Origin: Eledone cirrhosa | Lineage: Eukaryota | DNA: 64,000 nucleotides | Direction of reading: 5' to 3' | Assembly (NCBI GenBank): GCA_964016885.1 | Contig: OZ024741.1 | Span: forward strand, 172,794,001-172,858,000 | Shown here: piece by piece, positions 1 to 12,050 of the stretch | Numbering within the stretch: the stretch's first letter is position 1 | Layout of the letters: the number at the start of each line of letters is the position of its first letter | The notes under the pieces: model-generated | The model's database searches: none | Seen by the model: the letters and a program-made list of their open reading frames with translations, nothing else | What the model was told of the DNA's origin: nothing | Translations under genes and position numbers: made by a program

Positions 1-277
1 TCAGGACTACATATCCAGTGCTTTTATCGAGAATGACACAGCTAGAGACTTATAGAATACTTAGCTGTGTACAGGAACTGGTTTGAAAGAGCGGTTGCCG
101 GTCCGGCAGAAATTAGAAATTGGAATAAATGCTCTGAAATAGCGATATATATGTGAATATAGACATAGAATATTCGAAAATATTCTGTATGTTTATAATA
201 AACATTTTGAAGACCTAATCGCTATAGAATAGAATACGTCACGTATTAAAATTAGATTCTCGATAAAAGCAAGGGAA

Positions 278-320
278 GTAATCTACGCGTTTCATTCTCG
301 TTAGAAATCATCAGGACTAC
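278..320 (-). ncRNA. Type I hammerhead ribozyme (also at 588-630, 898-940, 1208-1250)
   Basis: Reverse complement reads GUAGUC-CUGAUGA-U-UUCU-AACG-AGAA-U-GAAAC-GC-GUA^GAUUAC: canonical core, stem I GUAGUC/GAUUAC, stem II UUCU/AGAA, palindromic stem III ACGCGU. Confidence 0.88.
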
Positions 321-1568
321 ATATCCAGTGCTTTTATCGAGAATGACACAGCTAGAGACTTATAGAATACTTAGCTGTGTACAGGAACTGGTTTGAAAGA
401 GCGGTTGCCGGTCCGGCAGAAATTAGAAATTGGAATAAATGCTCTGAAATAGCGATATATATGTGAATATAGACATAGAATATTCGAAAATATTCTGTAT
501 GTTTATAATAAACATTTTGAAGACCTAATCGCTATAGAATAGAATACGTCACGTATTAAAATTAGATTCTCGATAAAAGCAAGGGAAGTAATCTACGCGT
601 TTCATTCTCGTTAGAAATCATCAGGACTACATATCCAGTGCTTTTATCGAGAATGACACAGCTAGAGACTTATAGAATACTTAGCTGTGTACAGGAACTG
701 GTTTGAAAGAGCGGTTGCCGGTCCGGCAGAAATTAGAAATTGGAATAAATGCTCTGAAATAGCGATATATATGTGAATATAGACATAGAATATTCGAAAA
801 TATTCTGTATGTTTATAATAAACATTTTGAAGACCTAATCGCTATAGAATAGAATACGTCACGTATTAAAATTAGATTCTCGATAAAAGCAAGGGAAGTA
901 ATCTACGCGTTTCATTCTCGTTAGAAATCATCAGGACTACATATCCAGTGCTTTTATCGAGAATGACACAGCTAGAGACTTATAGAATACTTAGCTGTGT
1001 ACAGGAACTGGTTTGAAAGAGCGGTTGCCGGTCCGGCAGAAATTAGAAATTGGAATAAATGCTCTGAAATAGCGATATATATGTGAATATAGACATAGAA
1101 TATTCGAAAATATTCTGTATGTTTATAATAAACATTTTGAAGACCTAATCGCTATAGAATAGAATACGTCACGTATTAAAATTAGATTCTCGATAAAAGC
1201 AAGGGAAGTAATCTACGCGTTTCATTCTCGTTAGAAATCATCAGGACTACATATCCAGTGCTTTTATCGAGAATGACACAGCTAGAGACTTATAGAATAC
1301 TTAGCTGTGTACAGGAACTGGTTTGAAAGAGCGGTTGCCGGTCCGTCTATTCTATAGCGATTAGGTCTTCAAAATGTTTATTATAAACATACAGAATATT
1401 TTCGAATATTCTATGTCTATATTCACATATATATCGCTATTTCAGAGCATTTATTCCAATTTCTAATTTCTGCCGGACCGGCAACCGCTCTTTCAAACCA
1501 GTTCCTGTACACAGCTAAGTATTCTATAAGTCTCTAGCTGTGTCATTCTCGATAAAAGCACTGGATAT

Positions 1569-1611
1569 GTAGTCCTGATGATTTCTAACGAGAATGAAAC
1601 GCGTAGATTAC
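1569..1611 (+). ncRNA. Type I hammerhead ribozyme (also at 1879-1921, 2189-2231, 2499-2541)
   Basis: gtagtc CTGATGA tttctaacgagaat GAAAC gc GTA^gattac, predicted cleavage after 1605. Stem I extends via GGA/UCC and a 16-bp helix attctcgataaaagca (1545-1560) / tgcttttatcgagaat (1618-1633). Confidence 0.9.
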
Positions 1612-2715
1612 TTCCCTTGCTTTTATCGAGAATCTAATTTTAATACGTGACGTATTCTATTCTATAGCGATTAGGTCTTCAAAATGTTTATTATAAACAT
1701 ACAGAATATTTTCGAATATTCTATGTCTATATTCACATATATATCGCTATTTCAGAGCATTTATTCCAATTTCTAATTTCTGCCGGACCGGCAACCGCTC
1801 TTTCAAACCAGTTCCTGTACACAGCTAAGTATTCTATAAGTCTCTAGCTGTGTCATTCTCGATAAAAGCACTGGATATGTAGTCCTGATGATTTCTAACG
1901 AGAATGAAACGCGTAGATTACTTCCCTTGCTTTTATCGAGAATCTAATTTTAATACGTGACGTATTCTATTCTATAGCGATTAGGTCTTCAAAATGTTTA
2001 TTATAAACATACAGAATATTTTCGAATATTCTATGTCTATATTCACATATATATCGCTATTTCAGAGCATTTATTCCAATTTCTAATTTCTGCCGGACCG
2101 GCAACCGCTCTTTCAAACCAGTTCCTGTACACAGCTAAGTATTCTATAAGTCTCTAGCTGTGTCATTCTCGATAAAAGCACTGGATATGTAGTCCTGATG
2201 ATTTCTAACGAGAATGAAACGCGTAGATTACTTCCCTTGCTTTTATCGAGAATCTAATTTTAATACGTGACGTATTCTATTCTATAGCGATTAGGTCTTC
2301 AAAATGTTTATTATAAACATACAGAATATTTTCGAATATTCTATGTCTATATTCACATATATATCGCTATTTCAGAGCATTTATTCCAATTTCTAATTTC
2401 TGCCGGACCGGCAACCGCTCTTTCAAACCAGTTCCTGTACACAGCTAAGTATTCTATAAGTCTCTAGCGGTGTCATTCTCGATAAAAGCACTGGATATGT
2501 AGTCCTGATGATTTCTAACGAGAATGAAACGCGTAGATTACTTCCCTTGCTTTTATCGAGAATCTAATTTTAATACGTGACGTATTCTATTCTATAGCGA
2601 TTAGGTCTTCAAAATGTTTATTATAAACATACAGAATATTTTCGAATATTCTATGTCTATATTCACATATATATCGCTATTTCAGAGCATTTATTCCAAT
2701 ATAAAAATATATATA

Positions 2716-3024
<309 letters not shown>

Positions 3025-3097
3025 GAGAGGTATAGAGATTGTTTTAGCAAGAAGCTAACGGCATTCTATAACATATAAATTTGGACGTATATGTACT

Positions 3098-3138
<41 letters not shown>

Positions 3139-3409
3139 TAATATATATCAACTAGAAATTGATTGACATATATATATATATATAAAATAAACACATGGCG
3201 CATGTCTCTCGGACATGACACCCTTAATTTAATTTTGGATATATATATATGCATATATATATACATATATATATGCATATATATATATATATATATAGTT
3301 TCAAGTATATCAATGTGTACATACACGCAGATATATTGCCCTTGGTATGACAGTGTGGTTTTAGCTCAATGTAGGATGACACGTATACTACCGAGCCGTT
3401 ATACGGTTA

Positions 3410-4290
3410 GCAATAACCAAAGTGCTTGGAAATACATTGTTTTATTAGCTAACAGTGTTTCATCCATACCATATGGCAGGAATCATCAGAGCCTATAAAC
3501 AAGAGTATATCAAAAGTTGCAGGCTCCATCAAGCTCAGTCACCAGAAAAAGTTAAGGGACCAGTAGGGGGGTCCCAAGGCCAGCGCTATATATGTTTATC
3601 ACAGACTGCGTAGGCAGATAAATCCCCTGGGTATATCTTTTGGAAACATAGCACTATATCGCCTAAGGTTTGGAACTGGAACCAATAGATATTGTTCGTA
3701 GGGTGCTGATATGATATGGAGACTCGACCTGTTACAAGGCGATATTACTGGAGTACACCATCCTTCCTATAGACAATCCTACATGTAAAGCTGCATCACA
3801 GCTAACCAACTTTTCTTCTCACGGACTCACGCTTGCAAGCTCCCTTAATCTTCCTGTTTGCACTGCTTGTGAATTGATGTATCCTTGCTTTGCTTTGTTT
3901 TGTGTTTTGTTTCTTTTGTCTTTTTTTTTTGTTTTTTTGTATTTTGATCATGCTGAGTAACACCCTCACTCATTTCTTGCTATCTCTCCCAACCTCCTTT
4001 TCAGCTATTGCGCCATTTATGTGAAAAAATATTTTATGTAAATTTTTTATGTAACTTTTTATGACATTTTATGACATTGTGTGCGTCATGTACTGCGGCT
4101 TTTTCTATATAGCGCTGGCCTTGGGACCCCCCTACTCTCCCTTAACCTTGTTCTGGTGACTGAGTTTGATGGAGCTTGCAACTTTTGATATACTCTTGTT
4201 TATAGACTCTGATGTTTCCTGCCATATGGTATGGATGAAACACTGTTAGCTAATAAAACAATGTATTTCTAATGACTCTTTGGTTATTCC
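3410..4290. mobile_element. Element with ~185-bp inverted arms (3410-3592 / 4106-4290), each carrying a hammerhead; pLTR-like
   Basis: Arms are near reverse complements, with (TA)n on both sides. The plus-arm hammerhead (4205-4251) has a mutated core, CTGATGT. Confidence 0.7.
3447..3493 (-). ncRNA. Minimal type I hammerhead ribozyme
   Basis: Reverse complement: ggct CTGATGA ttcctgccatatggtatggat GAAACA c TGTT^agct, followed by AATAAA. Confidence 0.75.
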
Positions 4291-4294
4291 TAAA

Positions 4295-4334
<40 letters not shown>

Positions 4335-4689
4335 TATATCGATGTACGTACTTATCTCTTTACATTCATATATTTCGTTGAAATGTTGCTTATAAACAAA
4401 TTAATTTATCTGAAATCGTATGTTGAATCAGAAACAATTATGTCATAAAAGTATCATTTTAGTCATTTACAAACACAAAAAAAAATTTATGTTCACATTC
4501 ATTTACTTCTTAATATCACTACGTATTATGAAGTATGAAACTTCAAGTTACATAGGATTACTGCTGACCACAATCACATTATATTGCAATAAATATTCCA
4601 TTCTATTGGCCTTGTCTCAAAATTAGAAACCATTATATCGTAATAAATATTTCATTCTATTATAAGTGTTTTGTTCGTGATTACTCTTG

Positions 4690-4780
<91 letters not shown>

Positions 4781-5943
4781 AGAAAGAAAGAAAGGAAGAA
4801 AGAAAGAGAGAAGAGGTGAAAGGTAGGGAGAGCAAGTAGAATCGGAGTCAGTGTTGCTGAATATGTACAAATTTTATTGGCAAATTACAAGAGTTCAAGG
4901 TACAATCAAAATGACGGAGCCCGACTCTTCTTCGACATCTCGTCAGATATGCGATTTTATATTTGCAAAGACACATCTAAACTGTAGTTTCACACCTGAC
5001 TACTATATATATATAACTTATATTAAGTTGCAGTCTCCTTCGTGACTACAATATAATTTAGAGCTGTAAGTTCAACACCTAGTAAATTCAAACAAACCAG
5101 TTATCTAGTACACAACACTAATCAAATGCACCCTTGTTATAAAATGGATCAATATATCAGAAAAAAAATCTCATAAAATAGAACACAACATATTACACCC
5201 AACCACAAACAAACAGTACGGCTATATTACAAATATAGCAGGATAAAAAAAAAGCTTATTAACAAGAAACCTGCAAGCCACAAAATGTACTTAGAGAACC
5301 AAATTGATAAGAAAAATATCTATGTAAACATGAACAGTATAAACTTCACAATTCAAGCTATTAAATCAGATACATAAGTACGACACTTTCTCGCCGGTGG
5401 ACAGTGCATTTACAAGAAGGAGCCATTGAAGCCTATTACAATATACAACTCGAATGAAAATTCGATACAACACACACACACTACAACACACAAGTTAATA
5501 ACCCTACCATCCTATATAGAATTCTAAGATTAGAAATGGATGTGCTATTCATAAAAAAGTACAAACCAAACGTTAGCATATAGCATTGAAGTAATAAAAT
5601 AAGAACAGCTACTTATTGCTAAAAGTAAGTTCGATTTAACGCTTAACACCTTAAATCCGGTAATGGCAATTTTATTAGTAACAGCTAACTTCCTTCTTAT
5701 GATTTCTTGCAGCCAACTGTAAAAAATATGGTAATAAAGGTGCCGGGATCACAACATAATCCAGAACATAGGACAAGGAAAATCGAAAAGCCTTAATAGA
5801 CTTAGGAATGTTATTGAAAAAAATCTTTGATTGTTTTATATTACAAGGCCAGAAATTTAATGGTTGGGATTAATCGATTAAACCGATGAAGTACGAACGA
5901 AATTAATGCATCTAACAAAATGCCTTATCGAATTTAGTTCTGG

Positions 5944-6148
5944 TTGAATTATAATTGTTTCTACATTTGGCACAAGGCCAGCAAATATCCAGTACATTAC
6001 TGGTATTTTATTTTATCGACCCCGTAAGGATGAAAGGCAAAGTTAACCTCGATGGGATTTGAACTCAGACCGTAAAGGGACGTAACTATGCTGGAAAGCA
6101 TGGCGTCCGACCCTCTACCTATACTGCCAATCCACTTGAATTATAATG
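5944..6148 (-). mobile_element. tRNA-derived SINE (Meta-domain-like core) with 12-bp target-site duplication
   Basis: Reverse complement has box A-like TGGCAGTATAGG, box B GAGTTCAAATC and core GCCTTTCATCCTTACGGGGTCGATAAAATAAAATACCAG. ttgaattataat is duplicated at 5944 and 6137. Confidence 0.85.
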
Positions 6149-6209
6149 ACGAGAATTATAGTGATTGGGGGTGTGTTGGTTCTAATGAAGAGATTGGTGG
6201 TTAGCAGAA

Positions 6210-6647
6210 TGATGATGCTACTGATAATGATGGTGACGATATTAATGATGATGGTGATTATGATGATGATGAGGCAGAGGAGGAGGAGGAGGAAGAGGGG
6301 GAGGAGAATAATTAAGAGAGGTTGAGGAGGAAGAGAAGGTTGACGATGTCTGTGACAAACAGGATAATGCTGATGGTGGTGGCTGGGGATAATCTTGGTA
6401 GGATACTGGCGTAGGTAATAAGTTGGGGATGTAGGATTAAGAAGACGAACGTGGTAAAGGGTGACTAATGGTGATGTTGATGACGACCGCCTTGATGACG
6501 ATCATGATGATGATGATGAGGGAGTTAATAATGGTTATGGTGATGGTGATGATAATGATGATGGAGACGATGATGATGATGAGGAGGAGGAGGAGAACGA
6601 CGACGACGACGACGACGATGACGACGACGACGACGACGACGACGATT

Positions 6648-6703
<56 letters not shown>

Positions 6704-7060
6704 AATGACGACGATGATGATGATTAGGAGGGGGAGAATGTTAATGGGGATGATGATGAGGAAAATGACGACGACGACGATACGATGATGAGGAGGAGAG
6801 GGGGGTGGGGAGTGGAGGGGGAGGGGAGGGGGAAGAGGAGGAGGAGGAGGAGGAGGAGGAGGAAAATGGTAATGATGATGATGATGATGATGGAGATGGT
6901 GACGATGATGAGGAAAATGACGACGACGACGACGACGATAACGATGATGATGATGATGATGAGGAGGAGGAGGAGGAGGAGGAAGAGGAGGAGGAGGAGG
7001 AGGGGTTTGATGTTAATAATGTTGATGATGTTAATAATGTTGATGATGGTGCTGTTATTG
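6210..7060. repeat. Compound trinucleotide microsatellite (GAT/GAC/GAG)n
   Basis: Direct inspection; open in several frames with homopolymer translations. Confidence 0.9.
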
Positions 7061-8136
7061 ACAGAATATTGCAAAAGTCTACGTTGTTGTCGTTATTTAT
7101 AAAATCGATAAAATAAGTAGAGGAAGGATGAAGTATTGAGGATCAATGTAATCGACTAAAAATACTTGAAGGTGGTGCATCAGCATGGCCACAGTCCAAT
7201 AACTGAGACTAGTAAAACAAATAAAACATGCAATAATATACGAACAAAAAAAAAATTAAGCAAAACACTTAATAAAATATTATCCTGAAATCCCCCCTTC
7301 CTTCCCCCTGAAAGTCAACAGATGCATAGATGAAAGCATATTTAATGATTGAAGTATTAGGCTTTTCTTCGTGTTCAAAGCATTAATTATGCCTCGTAAT
7401 TGTTAATTATCAGATTGGTGGTATCTCAGAAATGATGCAATTATTTAGTAATTCACTTACTCACCAGGTTTACTTATTAATTCAATCCCTAAAAAATATC
7501 GAGGATGACTTGGTAGCATGAAGCGTCTTATCGCTAAATGTTTTAGATGTCCGTGTATTTGCGAGTAGACAGAGTCACATTTCAACTTTCCCACCCTTGA
7601 TCCAGCTCGAATATTCACGATGTTCGAGCTAGAGACAGAGAGGGCTGCACAAGCATTGACCTAGTACTTTCTTTATCGACCATGACAGGACTATACACGA
7701 AGTGCATCTCGGTGGGATTTGCATTAAATTGCAGATAGAGAGAACAAATCGTACGACGCAGAGTTTCTGATACTGTAACGACACAGCCTTTGATGCTTAA
7801 GCACTTCAACATGTTACAATGAATCAAGAGATTCTACTAAAATGAAACATATTTAGAGTTGTTCCCCATGATTATTTTTGTGTCACGTTATATGGAAAGA
7901 AGTGTAACTGGTTACATGTTTCTAACAAGGTTGTTACTGGATCCGTACATGATGCGATGCTAAGATGCCAAAAGATTCTGTGCACAACACAAGCGGAACG
8001 GACAGAAAAATCACAAGAGGTTTTCATTGGATTGCACCGGTGTGTCGCCAAGGTCTACATATTTCGCACACACACAAATACAATCCCACACCCACACCCA
8101 CACACGTTCATGCACACACACACACACACTCACACC

Positions 8137-8197
<61 letters not shown>

Positions 8198-8224
8198 TGT
8201 ATGTAATCCGTATGTGGTTAACGG

Positions 8225-8292
<68 letters not shown>

Positions 8293-8329
8293 TGTATATA
8301 TATATATATATATCCGTATGTGGTTAACG

Positions 8330-8512
8330 GCTGAGAGAAAAGAGTACTCATTACCGGAGTAGAGTTTAATATTCGTTTTATTACCGCTAAATAGTGAGAC
8401 TTGTTACTCTGGAGTTTCGCCTGTTTATCATATTCTTGTTTCATAAATCTGTGATAGACAGGTGAAACTCCAGAGTAACAGGTCTCACTACCTAGCCTTA
8501 ATAAAATGAATA
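8330..8512. mobile_element. Fold-back element with hammerhead 3' half
   Basis: Inverted arms over ~8370-8512. Right arm reads GAAACTC-CA-GAGTA^ACAGG. Flanked by (TA)n. Confidence 0.55.
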
Positions 8513-9342
8513 TATATATTCATATATACGATATTAATAAATGGAAACTATATTTATAAAACCATATTTATTTCATTATACATATTTTAGGGATACCACA
8601 TTAAATTATGGTATGCCTTCATCAGACAAAATACAATATATAACAGTTTTACAAATAGGTTTGACGTACCCTTTAAAATACAACCATTACTTTTGGAGGC
8701 TGTCTAGATAGTGATTTGTTTATATAATAAGTCATAGTGTTAAGCACAATTAGAAAAATAGACGGAGAGAAAGAAAGAGAAAAGAACAAAGACAGAGAGA
8801 GAGAGAAAGAAAAGAGAAAGAAAACCTGGAGAAATATCGGAGAGAGAGAGAAATGTATGGAGAAAAGAAAGAGATAGATAAAGATAGGAGGAAATAAAAA
8901 AGAAAGAAAAGGAAGGAATAAGAAAAACAAAGGAAAGCAACAGAGAGATATCAAGTCATCATACAGAAAGAGAAACTCAAGAGAGAGAAATACTATATAG
9001 AGAGAGGGGGACAGTGACAACTTTACGTCATGTCATATTAAGTTGAGTTAACAATTTATATGAAAGAATAATATAATAATATAATATAAATATAAGTATC
9101 AATATTCATGAATGGGACATAGATATATAATATGAGAAATTAAACATTGTTCATATATATATATATATATATAAGTTTATCCCGGGTTCAATCGGGAGTA
9201 ACCACAGTAAATAAGGTACTCAATACATAGCAGAGTATAAATATTTAATATAAAAATGGCTTCTACAGGACTAGAACCCCCAATGATTTCTCCCGAATGA
9301 ACCAGTTCTAGTCCTGCAGAAGCCATTTCTATATTAAATATG

Positions 9343-9408
<66 letters not shown>

Positions 9409-9488
9409 CAAAGGAACTATGTTTGGAACGCGCCGAGTGAGGTTTAGAATTGAACTAGATATAGAAACTTCGCCATAACATTGACTAA

Positions 9489-10207
9489 ATAATTGTATCT
9501 ACTTTTGACACAAGGTCAGCAATTATCCCAATGTATTACTGGTGCCTTATTGTATCGACCCCGTAAGTTAACCGCGGCGGTATTTGAACTTAGAACGTAA
9601 AGGTTCATGAATCTATGCTAATTAATATAGTCTAATAATTGTTTCTACATTTGGCACAAGGCCAGCAATTACACAGTACATTACTGGTACTTCATTTTAT
9701 CGACCCCGTAAGGATGAAAGACAAAGTTAAGCTCGGCGGGATTTGAACTCAGATCGTAAAGGGACGTAACTATGCTGGAAAGCATGGCGTCCGACTCTCT
9801 ACCTATACTGCCAATAATAATGGGTGTATAAACACATTGGACGGAAAAACATGAATATCAGCACACAATGGCAGTCGAACTCACAGCTCTTGTTTGCCGA
9901 GTGGGTATGCTGCCAATGAACCAACTTAGCTTTTTCCGTTATTCTTAGAAGCTATAACTTTTTCCGTTCACTGGATTTATACTCTCCATTATTAGACTAT
10001 ATTATTTAACCAATTGGCGTTGGATATGCAGTATCGGTAAAGGGTCGGACGCCATGCTTTTCAGCAAAGAGTTACGGCCCTTTACGTTCTGAGTTCAAAT
10101 CCCGCCGAGGTTAACTTTGCCTTTCATCCTTACAGGGTCGATAAAATAAAGTACCAAGTAATGTACTGGTTAATTGCTGGCCTTGTGCCAAATGTAGAAA
10201 CAATTAT
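9489..10207. mobile_element. Cluster of three copies of the tRNA-derived SINE (9489-9605 -, 9634-9815 -, 10014-10207 +)
   Basis: Same box B and core sequence as 5944-6148. Confidence 0.85.
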
Positions 10208-10240
10208 TTAGCCAATGTTACAGCGAAGATTCTATTTTGA

Positions 10241-10312
<72 letters not shown>

Positions 10313-10352
10313 AAAGAACACAAGAGCGTCTACAACATCAAAAGATTTTTAT

Positions 10353-10402
10353 TGGCTTACAATGTTTCTTCCTTACGTAACCGTAGGATTCGTCAGAGCT
10401 AT
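10353..10402 (-). ncRNA. Minimal type I hammerhead ribozyme (related to the 3447 family)
   Basis: Reverse complement: tagct CTGACGA atcctacg-gtta-cgtaaggaa GAAAC att GTA^agcca, then ATAAA. Sits between two (TA)n tracts. Confidence 0.68.
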
Positions 10403-10433
10403 AAAAGGGGTTTGATTGGTGTTATGGACTCTA

Positions 10434-10477
<44 letters not shown>

Positions 10478-10479
<2 letters not shown>

Positions 10480-10757
10480 CAAGAAAGAAGATTGACATGG
10501 TTCGCTATACAATAAGGGCTTTATTCACATTGCTGACAATTGTTTCTTTGATCTGGCAGGTCTAGAGTTCGCTATACGCCTGATTTTGCGCCAATCGATC
10601 TCCAATACTTACGGTTATGAACCAAGTATTGGAGATCGATTGGCACAAATTCACGCCTATAGCGAACTCTAGACCTACCAGATCAAAGAAACAATTGTCA
10701 GCAATGCGAATAAAGTCCTTATTGTATAGCGAACCATGTCAATCTTCTTTCTTGAAT
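10478..10757. mobile_element. ~280-bp fold-back with hammerhead 3' half
   Basis: Arms are near-perfect reverse complements centred ~10617. Right arm reads GAAAC-AATT-GTC^AGCAATG then AATAAA. Confidence 0.6.
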
Positions 10758-10945
10758 TATTATTACTCCAAGTATAAACTACATGGAAATCACCGCGAAC
10801 TCGCAGCATCACTATGGAAACGTCTGGTTGAGTCAAACTAAACCACACGTTAATACTATCCACTACAAGAACTACTCCAACTGGACTACATCTAAGTGGA
10901 CTGCCATAACGATAACCTGTTATCCCGTATACATATATATATTTA

Positions 10946-11145
10946 GGAAAAAGTATGACCCCGATGGCAGAGCTCAAGCCGTTTCGACGGCTATTTCTGG
11001 ACTCCTAATGAGTCCAGAAATAGCCGTTGAAACGGCTTGAGCTCTGCCGTCGGGGTCATACTTTTACCTATTTCCCACTCTACTACCCTAAGTATTGAGT
11101 ACTCTGGTGCGTTATGGTCCATCTGGTTCCTTACCACAATTCTTT
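10946..11145. mobile_element. Fold-back element, same family as 2716-2921
   Basis: Inverted arms 10946-11070 centred on gactcctaatgagtc; shares the tail ctactaccctaagtattgagtactctggtgcgttatggtccatctggttcc. Confidence 0.65.
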
Positions 11146-11166
11146 TGTTATATATATATATATATG

Positions 11167-11249
<83 letters not shown>

Positions 11250-11258
11250 ATATATGGA

Positions 11259-11403
<145 letters not shown>

Positions 11404-12050
11404 ATGAGAAGAAAGAAGAATACTGCGTGGTTTGCACATGCGTTACATATGATAAAAATAGTCCTTCGTCAGTGATTTTCCAACCATCATTGGTATTTCA
11501 TCGCATTAAAAATCAGATACCTCAGGTTGGTGCGAGCAATAACTAAAAAAAGTTATTGGGACCAGAATTCGCGTGAGGCGAGGGGGACAAGTAAACAACA
11601 TAGAAGGATAAAAGCAAACCGAAGATAGGAAAATAAACAAGCAACATGGTTGTCCGGTCAGCATAAGCTGGGTGGATTTCATGAGCGAGGGAGGTACAGA
11701 CCGTGTTGATGTGTGTGAGATGTGAGCAAGAAGAGACCCACACAAGCCAAACGGGAGGAAGTGAGAAGGGGAGAAACAGAGAGTGAGTCAGTGGAAGTGT
11801 GAGGAAGAGGTCAGTCGAGAGAAAATGTAACTGACACATGTATGTATGTATATATATATATATATACGCAGAGACAAACAACAATAACAACACACACAAC
11901 AATAATAACAATCACGGAGACAACAACAACACACATCAACAACAGCACACATCAACAACAACAACACCAACACACACACATTCAATGCCTCTCACCACCA
12001 CCACAATCTTAACAAACACACAGACACACAAAATAGAGTAGATAATAACA

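Larger units (their letters stand above)
1..2700. repeat. Tandem array of a 310-bp hammerhead-containing unit (non-LTR retrozyme-like), ~4.3 copies in one orientation then ~4.4 inverted copies
   Basis: tcaggactacatatccagtg recurs at 1, 311, 621, 931, 1241. Orientation flips at 1345/1346 and the reverse-complement unit recurs at 1346, 1656, 1966, 2276, 2586. Copies look identical except one substitution near 2469. The array runs off the left edge of the window. Confidence 0.95.

Noticed and set aside
1-2700. CRISPR array or 5S/tRNA gene array interpretation of the 310-bp repeat
   Set aside because: Units are identical end to end with no unique spacers, there are no cas genes, and I see no 5S/tRNA fold or A/B/C boxes.
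6461-7116. Poly-Asp/Glu acidic protein ORFs (biomineralisation-like); Gly/Asp ORF at 28292-28735
   Set aside because: Trinucleotide microsatellites interrupted by stops, with no signal peptide or splice context seen.
7430-7960. Possible second mariner relic on the minus strand; possible GIY-YIG relic at ~5100-5460
   Set aside because: Only faint motif resemblance by eye; needs a profile search.
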